From: a virus
Taxonomy: Duplodnaviria; Caudoviricetes
IMG/VR virus record: IMGVR_UViG_3300020161_000515
Span: 1 to 64,000 of that record
Length of the DNA stretch: 64,000 nucleotides
Strand: one strand, 5' to 3'
Shown here: piece after piece, positions 50,301 to 56,713 of the stretch
Layout: each line of letters begins with the position of its first letter
Numbering within the stretch: position 1 is the first letter of the stretch
Translations under genes and position numbers: made by a program
Notes under the pieces: generated by a model
Seen by the model: the letters and a program-made list of their open reading frames with translations, nothing else
Told to the model about the DNA's origin: nothing
Databases searched by the model: none

Positions 50301-53300
50301 GCAGTAGAAGATACTTGAGCAGACCATCCACCAATGCTAGGAAGCAATGTTAGTTTAGATGCTTCTGCTAAGGCTTCTTCTGACCTAACAACTGCATCTA
50401 TAGCAGCCTTTACAGCCTTCAGATCATCATCAGCCTTTCTAATATCAAGATTCTGGAACGCATTCTTTATATCTCCAAATCCTGTAAAGGTTGCATTATT
50501 TCCAGTTAATTTTTTATACAAAATAGCTATCTGGTTAGCACCATTTGAAATAACATCTTTGATAGCATTTACTTCTTTTTCAACACTATTTTTTGTAGTG
50601 ACCAGGCTTTGTGGTAAGAACTCTAATCCTGATTTAGCAGTAATCTTGCCGGAAGAAAGTTTATCAGTATTGGCTATTAAATCTTTAATAGTCTTTGAAA
50701 CAGACTCCATTGACGCAACAACGGATTTGTTTGCAGATATTTCTTGCGCTTCGGCATCAGTAAAAGCTTTCTTCTTTTCAGCGGCCTTGGTGTAGGCATC
50801 AACATTTGCACTTACTTCTGTAGTAAGAGCAGCCATCTCAGCAACCATCACCTGAACGGTAGATGCTGAACTTGATGGAAGTACCGAAGATTTGCTAAGG
50901 TCGTTAAAACTATTTGCAAGAGTTGTTGCCTCAGCCTGCAGCCTATTCATTAACCTAAGAACGTTGGAAAACTCAGCTCCATTATTAAGACTATCTACAG
51001 CAGGTAAAGTTGCTAATTGCTCTTTAATGCCTTTAAGTCGTGTAGAATAATTTGATAGTGATTCTTCTGAAACCTTAATATCACGGGTAAATGCGTTTAT
51101 CGAAGAAATGGCAGCTTCAGATCCTTCTTTAAACTGGTTGAGTATTCTCAACATCTCCTGAAACGTCTGTATCTCACCTTGATCTTGAGATACAGACATT
51201 TTCATGTTGATTAATGCAGCAGCCTCAGCTATCTGTCTGGTAAGTTCTTCACGTTTCTTTAATGCAGTAAGAACGTCAGCTTCAGTTTTAAACTCTTCAA
51301 GCTCACCTCTAAGCAATTGCTCATGGTCACTTACTATGTTCTTTATTCTGCCATTAATATTAGCGTAGACTTTATCTTGGTCATCAAGTCCTTTTGTCAT
51401 TGACTTAATGATCTGCTCACCAACTTGGAATAGTTTTATTTGATTGGCAACAGCAGGGTTTTCTGTAGTCTCAGCTTTGTTTGCTCTTATTAAGAATGAA
51501 GTGTATTCGTTTACTTTCTCAAGTAGTGCGTTCCACGAAGTTAATGTTTTTGGATTGACAGAAGGACCTAGTTCAGCCTTCATCATATTGGCTATCGAAC
51601 TATCTGGCTTTAATGCGTCTAAGAAAGCCTTCAGTGATTTAGCTTTGGTCTGAGCTTTATCTAGGTTGTCAGTTAGTAAAGATGGGCCACTCTTTGTTCC
51701 AAAGTTAGCCAATACTTTCTGTGCAGTTTCTACCGACGCAGAAAAAGCTCTCACCTTTGCAACAGCAGTAGTGATCTGAGCTTCGTCTATGAATTTTGGA
51801 GTTGTTGTTTGTTTGAACTCTACTGCCTTGGCAGCGTCTCTAGCCATTGTAGCTAGTTGAGATAACATTCCTTTTTCTTTCTCAAGAAGCATTAATACGT
51901 TAGTAGCAGCCTCACCAACTCTAAACTGACTCTCAGCAATAGCATTTGAGAAGCTTGTTATCTGATTAAATGATGCTGCTAAACTACTTATGCTCTCCGC
52001 AATTCCAGCAATATCAATCAGTTTTACAGGTTGACCAGCTTTAGATTTTAATGAGCTGAAGAATGACTCTAAACCAGAAGCAGCGGCAAGACTTTCAAAT
52101 AGACCAACTTGCTCTCTTAGAGCAACATTCTTCGTTGACATTGCAGCAGATAATGCCCATTCTTCTGCCGCTATTGCAGAAAGTTTTTGAGCTATACCAG
52201 ATACGTTCCTTGATAATCTGTCAAAATGACCAGCCTGAGTTCCTACAGAGGTATCACTTATAATATCTTCAAGGTTTACATTAATGCCTTTTAGATTTTC
52301 TACGACTGCTTCTTGCATAGCCTTTTTCATGCCAAGAAGTCTGTCTTTGAAAAAGTCTGATCCAGGTAGTGTTATATTTATTCTTGTTTCTTGAACAGCT
52401 TTTAATCCGTCAAAGATAGCCTTTAAATCTGCTACTGAAAGTTTAACCTTTGCAATAGATTCAGTCATTTTGTTGGCATATTCAGTAAAAGGATCTGCTT
52501 GTATCTTTACACCTAGAATTGCCTGAATATCTTTTTGAAATGGTTTAAAGTTTCTTTCTACCTGTTCTACGGCTGTTTTTAAAGACTCATTAAATCTTCC
52601 GTAACCTATTCCAGGAAGTTCTACTTTGTTTTCTTTCTTGTTGAAAAATTCATTCAATGCAACCTGAACAGATTGAGCATACGCCTGTATCTGCTCATTA
52701 CCTTGTTTAGGTACTTCTACCTTACCTAATCTAAAGTTGATTGGAATAGTTCCAACAGCCAAAAACTCTGAGCGAATGTCATCTAATTTTCTTTCTGCTG
52801 CCCTTCTGGCTTCTTCTAACGAATTGATAAAAGGTCTGAAATCAGCTTCATGTATAGTAAGATTAGAAAACTTTAATAAACCCTCATTATTCCTTTGAAG
52901 TTCTGCTGCTAAACCTAATAATTTACTGAAAGCCTGTGTTACAGAAGTGGCAGTTCCTCTAAATTTTTTAAGATCAGTCTCAGACTTGGTCATGGCGGTC
53001 ATGTTCTCGCCAATCTTCTTAATGCCTGATGCTACTGTGCCAAGACTTCCACCCACTGAAGCATCACGCAATCTGCCTACGGCAGTCGCAAGATCTCCAA
53101 CACTGGATATAGTGCCTTTATTAATCTTTATATTGTTTAGAGGTTCTTTGAGATTAGTCGTCGAAGTGTTTACATCTCTTACAAGCTTGTCCATTGCACC
53201 TTTAAAGGTCTGCAACGGAGCAAATGACTCTGTGATTATGGCGGGGATTTCTTTAAAACTGTTTCCAACAGATTTAGTTACGTCTTTGGCCTCAGATGAT

Positions 53301-53434
53301 AACCTAGTAAATCCATCTATTGATTCTTTTACACTCGCAAGCAGGGTAGTTAAGCTCTCAGCGGCAGCTTGGGTGTCTGCCAGAACTTTTACGTCTAATA
53401 CGCCTAAGATATTATTATCAGCCATCTCATTCAC
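41315..53434 (-). CDS. Giant tail tape measure protein (TP901-type core), ~4,036-4,039 aa
   Basis: Core FSDAMGVVQGVT...FSPVEATKGLEELSRAGFS...AANES.....G..AGT.LRG. C-terminal FATGG...GAGDGDKVPAMLEAGEFIMRK.AV..FG..FM.ALN. Coiled-coil composition. Likely true start is ATG at 53425 (SD GGTGA) rather than GTG 53434. Confidence 0.95.
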   Translation of the reverse strand: MNEMADNNILGVLDVKVLADTQAAAESLTTLLASVKESIDGFTRLSSEAKDVTKSVGNSFKEIPAIITESFAPLQTFKGAMDKLVRDVNTSTTNLKEPLNNIKINKGTISSVGDLATAVGRLRDASVGGSLGTVASGIKKIGENMTAMTKSETDLKKFRGTATSVTQAFSKLLGLAAELQRNNEGLLKFSNLTIHEADFRPFINSLEEARRAAERKLDDIRSEFLAVGTIPINFRLGKVEVPKQGNEQIQAYAQSVQVALNEFFNKKENKVELPGIGYGRFNESLKTAVEQVERNFKPFQKDIQAILGVKIQADPFTEYANKMTESIAKVKLSVADLKAIFDGLKAVQETRINITLPGSDFFKDRLLGMKKAMQEAVVENLKGINVNLEDIISDTSVGTQAGHFDRLSRNVSGIAQKLSAIAAEEWALSAAMSTKNVALREQVGLFESLAAASGLESFFSSLKSKAGQPVKLIDIAGIAESISSLAASFNQITSFSNAIAESQFRVGEAATNVLMLLEKEKGMLSQLATMARDAAKAVEFKQTTTPKFIDEAQITTAVAKVRAFSASVETAQKVLANFGTKSGPSLLTDNLDKAQTKAKSLKAFLDALKPDSSIANMMKAELGPSVNPKTLTSWNALLEKVNEYTSFLIRANKAETTENPAVANQIKLFQVGEQIIKSMTKGLDDQDKVYANINGRIKNIVSDHEQLLRGELEEFKTEADVLTALKKREELTRQIAEAAALINMKMSVSQDQGEIQTFQEMLRILNQFKEGSEAAISSINAFTRDIKVSEESLSNYSTRLKGIKEQLATLPAVDSLNNGAEFSNVLRLMNRLQAEATTLANSFNDLSKSSVLPSSSASTVQVMVAEMAALTTEVSANVDAYTKAAEKKKAFTDAEAQEISANKSVVASMESVSKTIKDLIANTDKLSSGKITAKSGLEFLPQSLVTTKNSVEKEVNAIKDVISNGANQIAILYKKLTGNNATFTGFGDIKNAFQNLDIRKADDDLKAVKAAIDAVVRSEEALAEASKLTLLPSIGGWSAQVSSTASSIKGLESNLSKMVQTLTQLSAEGTNVNLFNKLNASAKQSEVSISAAISTVVSSFNYLKQMASGTADESLHIRLNGTEVLNTLSVLTKSFEDFRSLFSSFGINVSGIETLINQLKILTDETVSETTRANALKVVLSELGGVTKTLADGMKKVNETTMFRGMQTSMKELPGQLKNLSSELTRIGEVAATLNNAHIFNAKQATNFELKFSNLQIKEVLKDLATAEKEVTRLQEYFTNIRLNSEAFTQFEKLLKIDKEFVASLEKEYNIKLNANNAEESIKTILKSLDEMQVRMQSQRIGLGNTSEMNSEILKSTSVFSKAIEQLVGLRATMRAVTEEGSLLSKMISNYFTNLAKDLGVSKNAIKDLEMGLTELEDQFVRLRSGVVTWSMGIMMMGQAMLAPFAKAVKDFSSFSDAMGVVQGVTEASNESMKELVHTTLNLTAFSRFSPVEATKGLEELSRAGFSAKDAIGALPTVLRLAQGAAIGVGEAATTVTHMMNTYGLSVKETSVASDVLVKAANESTASVSDIGHAFTYVGALSKGFGVSLQETVGTIGVLSNAGLQGTMAGTALRGMLEHLFNPTKEEAKLMSDLGDRIGGAGLQIKNANGDFIGFAEVLRQLEKAGIKSDEVLALFGQRAGPGVAALLRQGSGALDEFIGRLDTAGGTTAAMADVMQNTLQGKFELFTRSIQSLMHTISSNLEGPLKLLLDVGTSVVQTFANIHSALGPVAKVLDVVAASIAAAMAALGSMTFAWFLVIVPVAQFVGAMNIFMKTLAAGIVLLHAEAAATGISAASTFAHAAALNVLGSSAARATVVMNGLTSATKTLGTTQTVIAAGQVMTGEAALAVGASKSAAAGVSVLREKVNSFGSALLLLGSTIMTGIAKTIAGFGTGLAVLVGRLAMATASLGVLSEAFMALSLSMMANPYIAAIIALAALGTAVYGLYRYFTQVERAKETALNMDKQSESMVKYANDIKDAEKALKNWIEASKRGASNIDLDIKGDTISKEKIDKIKSIFEKTGNKDVTFTYKMNGIKLEGIDVAFAGLKETTRLKLMENGIIDPLAMEKFVSKSRQEIEKTSIETLVQAIDAKALILADALNKNKNRWLKKAEFSAQDSQEVLANTEVMVSAFRQSLESLSYITKDAQLDDAISERLKLWIDRLVAQGKIGQTEINQLTEKFEKEIKDFKKSLSDTGDIKSVIAVSLELQTNTAKLEESFKELEKSAGEVSKKIESDYKKAFDSIDKQLDANARKDAEINKTKLDLLSRTTKATIAAEKLKADETGTYEAFVTDRIIEQNQRRETIITESLRKEESIRKALAETSVTGTGSAGLAEAQIDSYNKFIATLKKSEDVYKESMDQMISQSENLATAINSLEAKAVSFNKSLDKFSTAISKDPFDMGGFDSIEQAKVEATKKSAEARTEAEAGHYAKAMSLAEEAADLLKAKQSDIAKSGDSGLVTSVKQQVDEIRSIWNSAKDGATQMLVEAQRKLQEEIAKTGQIIQETSDKMVAAIEKLISLFEKLAVKSGGFADIANGTVSIQKGLLDDKKALEELNAVIEKRDELVKNAAPIKSATENMAAIDYYNNLEKAVAEANLAQSNFASAFNDVLDSSWDSGNAQKQLELTSRLAEDQVKDLQKLEDALSLILPEVKNEKQKASLTKALDDVKTYKELMQGQLDTFTEMKGLDLVLNKEDIAAKAKEASKHFTDILSVIPIKVDIELGKGLKEGQTNVVKDAAKDLDLEALKKVKKDLEDMYKNLGRTSGNDEFKKNIRTTTMAIEEQIRVIDRVRKSTELLDYGRASETAMALQPALDAVEAKNRAIAESAKNVPKSMVELKTKTDEAKTSTEQQGDAAKKSGEQVAAGAKAIEDSAKGAAAGVEGIAAAATNVGNEMAKQAPIVETVKNTLAKPVPLDFKTESLNNVKDKLGNVIAVYDALGMKVKEIDSAKFATAQSREFEQTNKAVRVLTDGVSKYSDGLKLAGDLQKSMVTYTKVEPSARQAFSIDTTKLKEAMVDTRAFDNALQALTRYDKLNIGVISNFSEAEKQLQDVSNAVADLDKVQTALAADFSSGAIDIKEFTKVNEVIDIMKGKLQESFDYTKNRAISLSVTTDGIEQGSQRLKDMNELILKTQTDLLNKPIVVAPKVEIPKVEVPKAEIPPVVITPKIEMPKVEIPKAEVPPVVITPTVEIPKVELPPIEPPVIQPVSPDSLVQALQPVAEKFKEFTGLMKAEPFIPKVDTAPALQSFLNFTTTLNKNILDVPKFPKLVDATTLSGFAKMSEDVKFAEGVLKEFTGISIQGIQEQGNSWRNLEKELFKVDAAYYDVLKVHSMLDALKISGGLKDGEYEKLTAYNELLKNGIVKSLAEIDVKTGEVFKIPDSMFQDTFQSFDYSMEHTSKQVDKLVAKLAQPADFNFLPDSNITGGIEKLKELTLAVEKTAGTIKIEPQVDINPNLQKFLEFASTIKQQVDTIPKVPPLVDATTLDGFTKLSSNATFAKNVLMGFTGISIGEIADVSDLDSLKNQLGLIDNAMRNLRVSQATLESGKITGVVSPEAYSKLSAYNDLVKNGLSQSLDAVKVKAIEFLGKASTVPDSGIKDYQQNLMDVGNQLVELTNKINTPVNAEIIPKAAIDRGMSNLEELTEVVTNVASTIKIEPTVDVNKASEELKQLPDQVNADDKFKINLPVGTIGLPGTRDELDQLKTKVTEVSQAFTDVSEKGIKINADTAPAEQKLSALKESWVTQAVDGFNMPVSFPGSEEIMTKLSTINTKLQATKENGIFITDNASPELEKVAQKLSELTAANAKIPIEVQDKATSVLDRIKSAINDIRGKVVDIVTRYTSSGAPGHHFGGVIEPMQVAHFATGGDVFTKPNYSVVPGAGDGDKVPAMLEAGEFIMRKTAVNKFGINFMDALNNGVLQFKQSGGVISGIRSSVTSSLNYDPRAIAHYSSGGYVQTSKPASNDSHDVVEVHLKVGDNPNPFSMKSDRDTAHELLKVLKNVR

Positions 53435-53458
53435 CAGTATAGGAATTCTCTAGTGAAT
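53429..53458 (-). promoter_or_regulatory. Hairpin overlapping the TMP ribosome-binding site
   Basis: ATTCACTAG-12 nt-CTGGTGAAT forms a 9 bp stem with one G.U. Its 3' arm contains the GGTGA SD of ATG 53425. Confidence 0.5.
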
Positions 53459-53466
53459 AATAGCAT

Positions 53467-53502
53467 AAAAAAACCTCCAGCAGCAAAAGCCACTAAAGGT
53501 TT
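53467..53502 (-). terminator. Rho-independent terminator between the chaperone and TMP genes
   Basis: ACCUUUAGUGGC-UUUU-GCUGCUGGAGGU is a 12 bp stem with four G.U pairs that form only on the minus-strand RNA, followed by a U-run. Confidence 0.75.
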
Positions 53503-53505
53503 AGT

Positions 53506-54254
53506 TTAAACTCTAGAAAAAGCGGCAGCTAAACGCATCCATTCTTTCTTGTTAGCATCTGGATCTTCTTGTTTCGGTATCTTACTTTCTCGCTTCTTAA
53601 CAAGACCTTTTATGTAATCACCCGAACCATTCGTACCCATCCAAGAATTTATTATGAACGAATCGTTTTCTTCCTCTTCTATCCTTATACACTCTCTGAC
53701 AAAAACTCCAACTTCAGACAGTGTATAAGTTCTTATATCTTTCCAGCTATGGTTATGTTCAATTAAAAATTGAATTAACTTACCAATGGAATCCTGGTCT
53801 GAGGGGACGTTACTTTTGTTCCCATGAACTGGGATATCCGATCCCCCAGACCGTTGAAGTTTTTTATTAATGAATCTTGAGACTCAATATTCACATCAAG
53901 GCAGAAGTTAAATAAGTCAAGAGCTTTATCTAACGGCAATGATTTAATATCTTCAACGTCAAGTCCTGACATGTCTGAAAGTATATCTGGACTTTCTTGC
54001 ATAATGATTCGCAGCAACGCCAGGATGGTCAATGAAGTCTGAGTGGCTTCATCTGCACCTTCAACCGGAGCAGGAATGTTGTCTTGAATTTTATCTGAAA
54101 TGAGCGAAAGCTTGTCAAGTATTGACGCTAATTCCTCAATACTCAATGGAGTAATTTCAACTTCTGTTGCTCCAATTGTGTATTTTTTGTTAGGAAAAAG
54201 AGCAGCCCAGTCAGAGTCTTGAAGTCTTACTTTTTGTTTAGTTTGCCTTGCCAT
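53506..54254 (-). CDS. Tail assembly chaperone, frameshifted long form (gpGT-like), ~249 aa, via -1 frameshift at 53859-53865
   Basis: The -1 frame is open for 117 codons from the slippery site to TAA 53506-53508 (LQRSGG...QFLIEHNHSWKDIRTYTLSEVGVF...AAAFSRV). It has no ATG/GTG/TTG start in its first ~70 codons and is closed upstream by TGA at 53884-53886. Confidence 0.88.
53775..54254 (-). CDS. Tail assembly chaperone, short form (gpG-like)
   Basis: 159 aa acidic ORF upstream of the TMP, containing A AAA AAC near its 3' end. Confidence 0.85.
   Translation of the reverse strand: MARQTKQKVRLQDSDWAALFPNKKYTIGATEVEITPLSIEELASILDKLSLISDKIQDNIPAPVEGADEATQTSLTILALLRIIMQESPDILSDMSGLDVEDIKSLPLDKALDLFNFCLDVNIESQDSLIKNFNGLGDRISQFMGTKVTSPQTRIPLVS
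53796..53865 (-). promoter_or_regulatory. Programmed -1 ribosomal frameshift signal (slippery heptamer plus stimulatory stem)
   Basis: A AAA AAC (53865-53859), 6 nt spacer TTCAAC, then GGTCTGGGGGA (53852-53842) pairing with TCCCCTCAGACC (53807-53796). Confidence 0.85.
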
Positions 54255-54269
54255 ACGTCACCGTAAATT

Positions 54270-54380
54270 GATTAAAAACATAGCGAGAATTTCAACGTCA
54301 GTCGGTCAAATTTCAACGATATTTTGAAAGTAATACCATCGTAGCACCAAGCTATTAAGCCGCTTAAAACGGCTTAAATT
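54270..54380 (-). repeat. Dispersed structured intergenic repeat, copy 3 (inverted relative to copies 1 and 2)
   Basis: Reverse complement reads aatttaagccgttttaagcggctt...ggtgctacgatggtattactt...aattctcgctatgttt. Perfect 8 bp stem ttaagccg/cggcttaa. Confidence 0.8.
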
Positions 54381-54400
54381 GACACGATCTTGATATTGAT

Positions 54401-54429
54401 ATTATATATAAAATTCAGGTAGCAATCAA
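54401..54429 (-). promoter_or_regulatory. Sigma70-type promoter upstream of the tail assembly chaperone
   Basis: TTGATT, 17 nt spacer, TATAAT on the minus strand, in an intergenic gap. Confidence 0.7.
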
Positions 54430-54435
54430 GGATTA

Positions 54436-54948
54436 TTATGATCTTACTTTAAAGATCAATTTGTCCTTAAAACGATTATAAAGACCAGCAGGACTGATCT
54501 GAGTATCTACTGAATATCCACCCAAATTCAAAAATCTTGCTACCAGTGTACTACATACCTCGCCTTTGAAGTCAGGCAGTTTAAGTTTCAAACTTTCACC
54601 TAAACCAATGCTTATAAAGTCTCCGTAAGCATACGGAACTTTACCTGTGCTTTCGATCAAATGTGGGGACAATTTAACAAAGTCTATGTCCAATCTGAAT
54701 AAGTCGAAGTCACAATAAGTAGACAAAGATACTATCCGTTGACCACCAATATGCTGCTCTAACACCATCCATCTAACTTCTTCTCCAACACGAATACTGA
54801 AGACAATTGCTGCATGAAAGTATGGTGATTTAGTCCACAGTTTCGTAACCTTACTCATCAAATTACCTTTTCCTTTGACTAAGATAAAATCTCCACTTTT
54901 TAAGAAAGGTCTTATATCTGTATATTTAGAATAAAGAATAGTTTCCAT
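54436..54948 (-). CDS. Permuted papain-like amidase (YiiX/YebB-like NlpC/P60)
   Basis: LKSGDFIL...S......T.SPYFHAAIV (His first) ... PY.Y....EVCSTLV (Cys last) is the permuted NlpC/P60 order. Confidence 0.8.
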   Translation of the reverse strand: METILYSKYTDIRPFLKSGDFILVKGKGNLMSKVTKLWTKSPYFHAAIVFSIRVGEEVRWMVLEQHIGGQRIVSLSTYCDFDLFRLDIDFVKLSPHLIESTGKVPYAYGDFISIGLGESLKLKLPDFKGEVCSTLVARFLNLGGYSVDTQISPAGLYNRFKDKLIFKVRS

Positions 54949-54951
54949 AAG

Positions 54952-55782
54952 TTACACCGTATGATTTCTATACATCCCAACAATAAAACAAGCCCTTAAA
55001 TTATCCGTAGTATTCATGTTTTCAACTTTAAAACGGATCTTATAAGGGTAAGGAATCATTTGTGGCTCTGGAGCCTCAATATGCCCGTAATGAGAATCTC
55101 TCATCATTGCGTAGCTGGTTATGAACCTGTTTACCAATGTTTCGGTAGGTAAAATAAAATACTTACCTGTTCCGGTAGCATTAGGCACCCATGATCCATT
55201 GTAATCATTATTACCACCAGTTCCGTTTGGTGCTGGGAATGGTATTCCAGCAGGACAGATAATTTCAACACTGAAATGGCAATGATCTTCTACGCCCCAA
55301 TAATGTACCTGACAATCCTTAATCCAAACATCTTCAAGGAACTGCATATCGTTTTGATATTCTTCACCAGGAGGAATCAAGAACGTCATATGATTGCCTT
55401 CACCAATCGTATGATTAACAAGATCGTCACCTTTACTTGAGTAGTACCATAATTTGTCTTTTGGTCTATCTGAAGTGGTACATATCTGATTACCGTCTTT
55501 AGTTACTTGAGATACAATTGTATTGGCAGATAATATTGTAAGGTGAGCGCAAGAAGTAGAAGCTCCTGAACCTAAATTTTGTTTAAGATCAAGAGCTGCC
55601 TGAACAGCAGAAGAGATGGGCTTGTTAATGTCAGAAGTATTGTCTACATTGCCAAGACCTATATTTTCTTTTGTTAAGATTGAAGGATCTAGATCTTCCA
55701 ACAATACCGTATAGTTCTTAATATCTGCCGTTGTTACAGTATCGTCACGAATCTGTGCGCCGGTTATTGTAGTCGTAGGCAT
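54952..55782 (-). CDS. Short fibre/decoration protein
   Basis: LTKENIGLGNVDNTSDINKPISSAVQAALDLK is a common phage trimeric fibre repeat. N-terminal T.I.G.QI motif. Confidence 0.7.
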   Translation of the reverse strand: MPTTTITGAQIRDDTVTTADIKNYTVLLEDLDPSILTKENIGLGNVDNTSDINKPISSAVQAALDLKQNLGSGASTSCAHLTILSANTIVSQVTKDGNQICTTSDRPKDKLWYYSSKGDDLVNHTIGEGNHMTFLIPPGEEYQNDMQFLEDVWIKDCQVHYWGVEDHCHFSVEIICPAGIPFPAPNGTGGNNDYNGSWVPNATGTGKYFILPTETLVNRFITSYAMMRDSHYGHIEAPEPQMIPYPYKIRFKVENMNTTDNLRACFIVGMYRNHTV

Positions 55783-55824
55783 TATTTTCCCATAGATACT
55801 AATAGTTAGATTTAATATCCTTCA

Positions 55825-55852
55825 ATTATAAACAATTTATAAATTTAGTAAA
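55825..55852 (-). promoter_or_regulatory. Possible promoter with an overlapping palindrome
   Basis: TTTACT, 16 nt spacer, TATAAT. The spacer holds the perfect palindrome aatttataaatt (55834-55845). The region is very AT-rich, so a chance match is plausible. Confidence 0.3.
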
Positions 55853-55858
55853 GAACTA

Positions 55859-56701
55859 TTACAAAGATGTAGTTCTATAACTAACTAATAAACTATCTAC
55901 TGATTGCGGAACCATATCATTCGAGAATGTTATGGTATCAGCAGCAATAGTGTAGTCTACTGTTCCGCCAGCGTTCATAAGCATCCCATTTAGGAATACA
56001 TGTTCGCTGTTGGCATCTGGAGTATGTGATAGTACAAACTGTTTGTTTACACCATCCATACTTCCGGTTATGCCAGAACCTATGGTCTGTTTATCATAGA
56101 ACGTTGTAGCAGATGCGGCAGCAACAGCACCAGAAACAGCTTCTGAAACAGTCTTACCAATGTAAACATAGGCTTGAACTGTGCCAGTTGATCCATAATT
56201 AATCATTGAAGCAGGTACGTCAGTTTCCTGAGTAACTACACCAGCGAAACAATCTATAAACCAATCAGATGAATCTAATGGGGTTGTTTCTGTTGCACCG
56301 TTGAACAACTTGGGTCGGTACGCCGCCCCAGCAGAAGCAGGAATGATGTTCCCGATTCTATCATTGGCAGCATAAGCGACACCTGTTCTTGGATTTATTT
56401 TACCCACCAAATCGGCAGGTACTGTAGAATCCAGATAGCAGAAGTAAGCTGAAGGAGTACCAGTCCCATCGGTTCCAGATACAGCAGTCAATTTCAATGT
56501 TAATAAACTGGATACTATTCCAGCATTACTAGCATGAGCAGGATCTGTAGCATGGAACTTTTCAGCCCAAGAGAACTGTCCCATCGAAATGGGTAAAGTT
56601 CCTTCTGGTTCGTTAAAAGACTCACGACCATTATTGGTATGAATCTTACCTAGTGCCAGCTTGTAGGCGATATTGGCTTTTGTTTGATCTGTAAATGACA
56701 T
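55859..56701 (-). CDS. Virion structural protein with a C-terminal beta-sandwich
   Basis: C-terminal DGVNKQFVL...VFLNG.L......DYTI...TITF......D.LLVSY, a domain common in large-phage virion proteins. Confidence 0.65.
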   Translation of the reverse strand: MSFTDQTKANIAYKLALGKIHTNNGRESFNEPEGTLPISMGQFSWAEKFHATDPAHASNAGIVSSLLTLKLTAVSGTDGTGTPSAYFCYLDSTVPADLVGKINPRTGVAYAANDRIGNIIPASAGAAYRPKLFNGATETTPLDSSDWFIDCFAGVVTQETDVPASMINYGSTGTVQAYVYIGKTVSEAVSGAVAAASATTFYDKQTIGSGITGSMDGVNKQFVLSHTPDANSEHVFLNGMLMNAGGTVDYTIAADTITFSNDMVPQSVDSLLVSYRTTSL

Positions 56702-56713
56702 GATCTATTCTCC

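Noticed and set aside
44487-53453. Long plus-strand ORFs inside the TMP and other big genes (e.g. 52947..53453, 50334..50795, 44487..44921, 12590..13024)
   Set aside because: They are codon-phase mirrors of long minus-strand genes, with Ser/Leu/Ala-rich shadow composition, no SD and no recognisable motifs.
53569-53766. 65 aa plus-strand ORF in the apparent gap before the TMP
   Set aside because: It is antisense to the gpGT frameshift frame, which explains the region better.
19731-54380. Repeats as a CRISPR array, tRNA or simple late promoter
   Set aside because: The copies are dispersed rather than regularly spaced, form no cloverleaf, and occur in both orientations relative to uniformly minus-strand genes.
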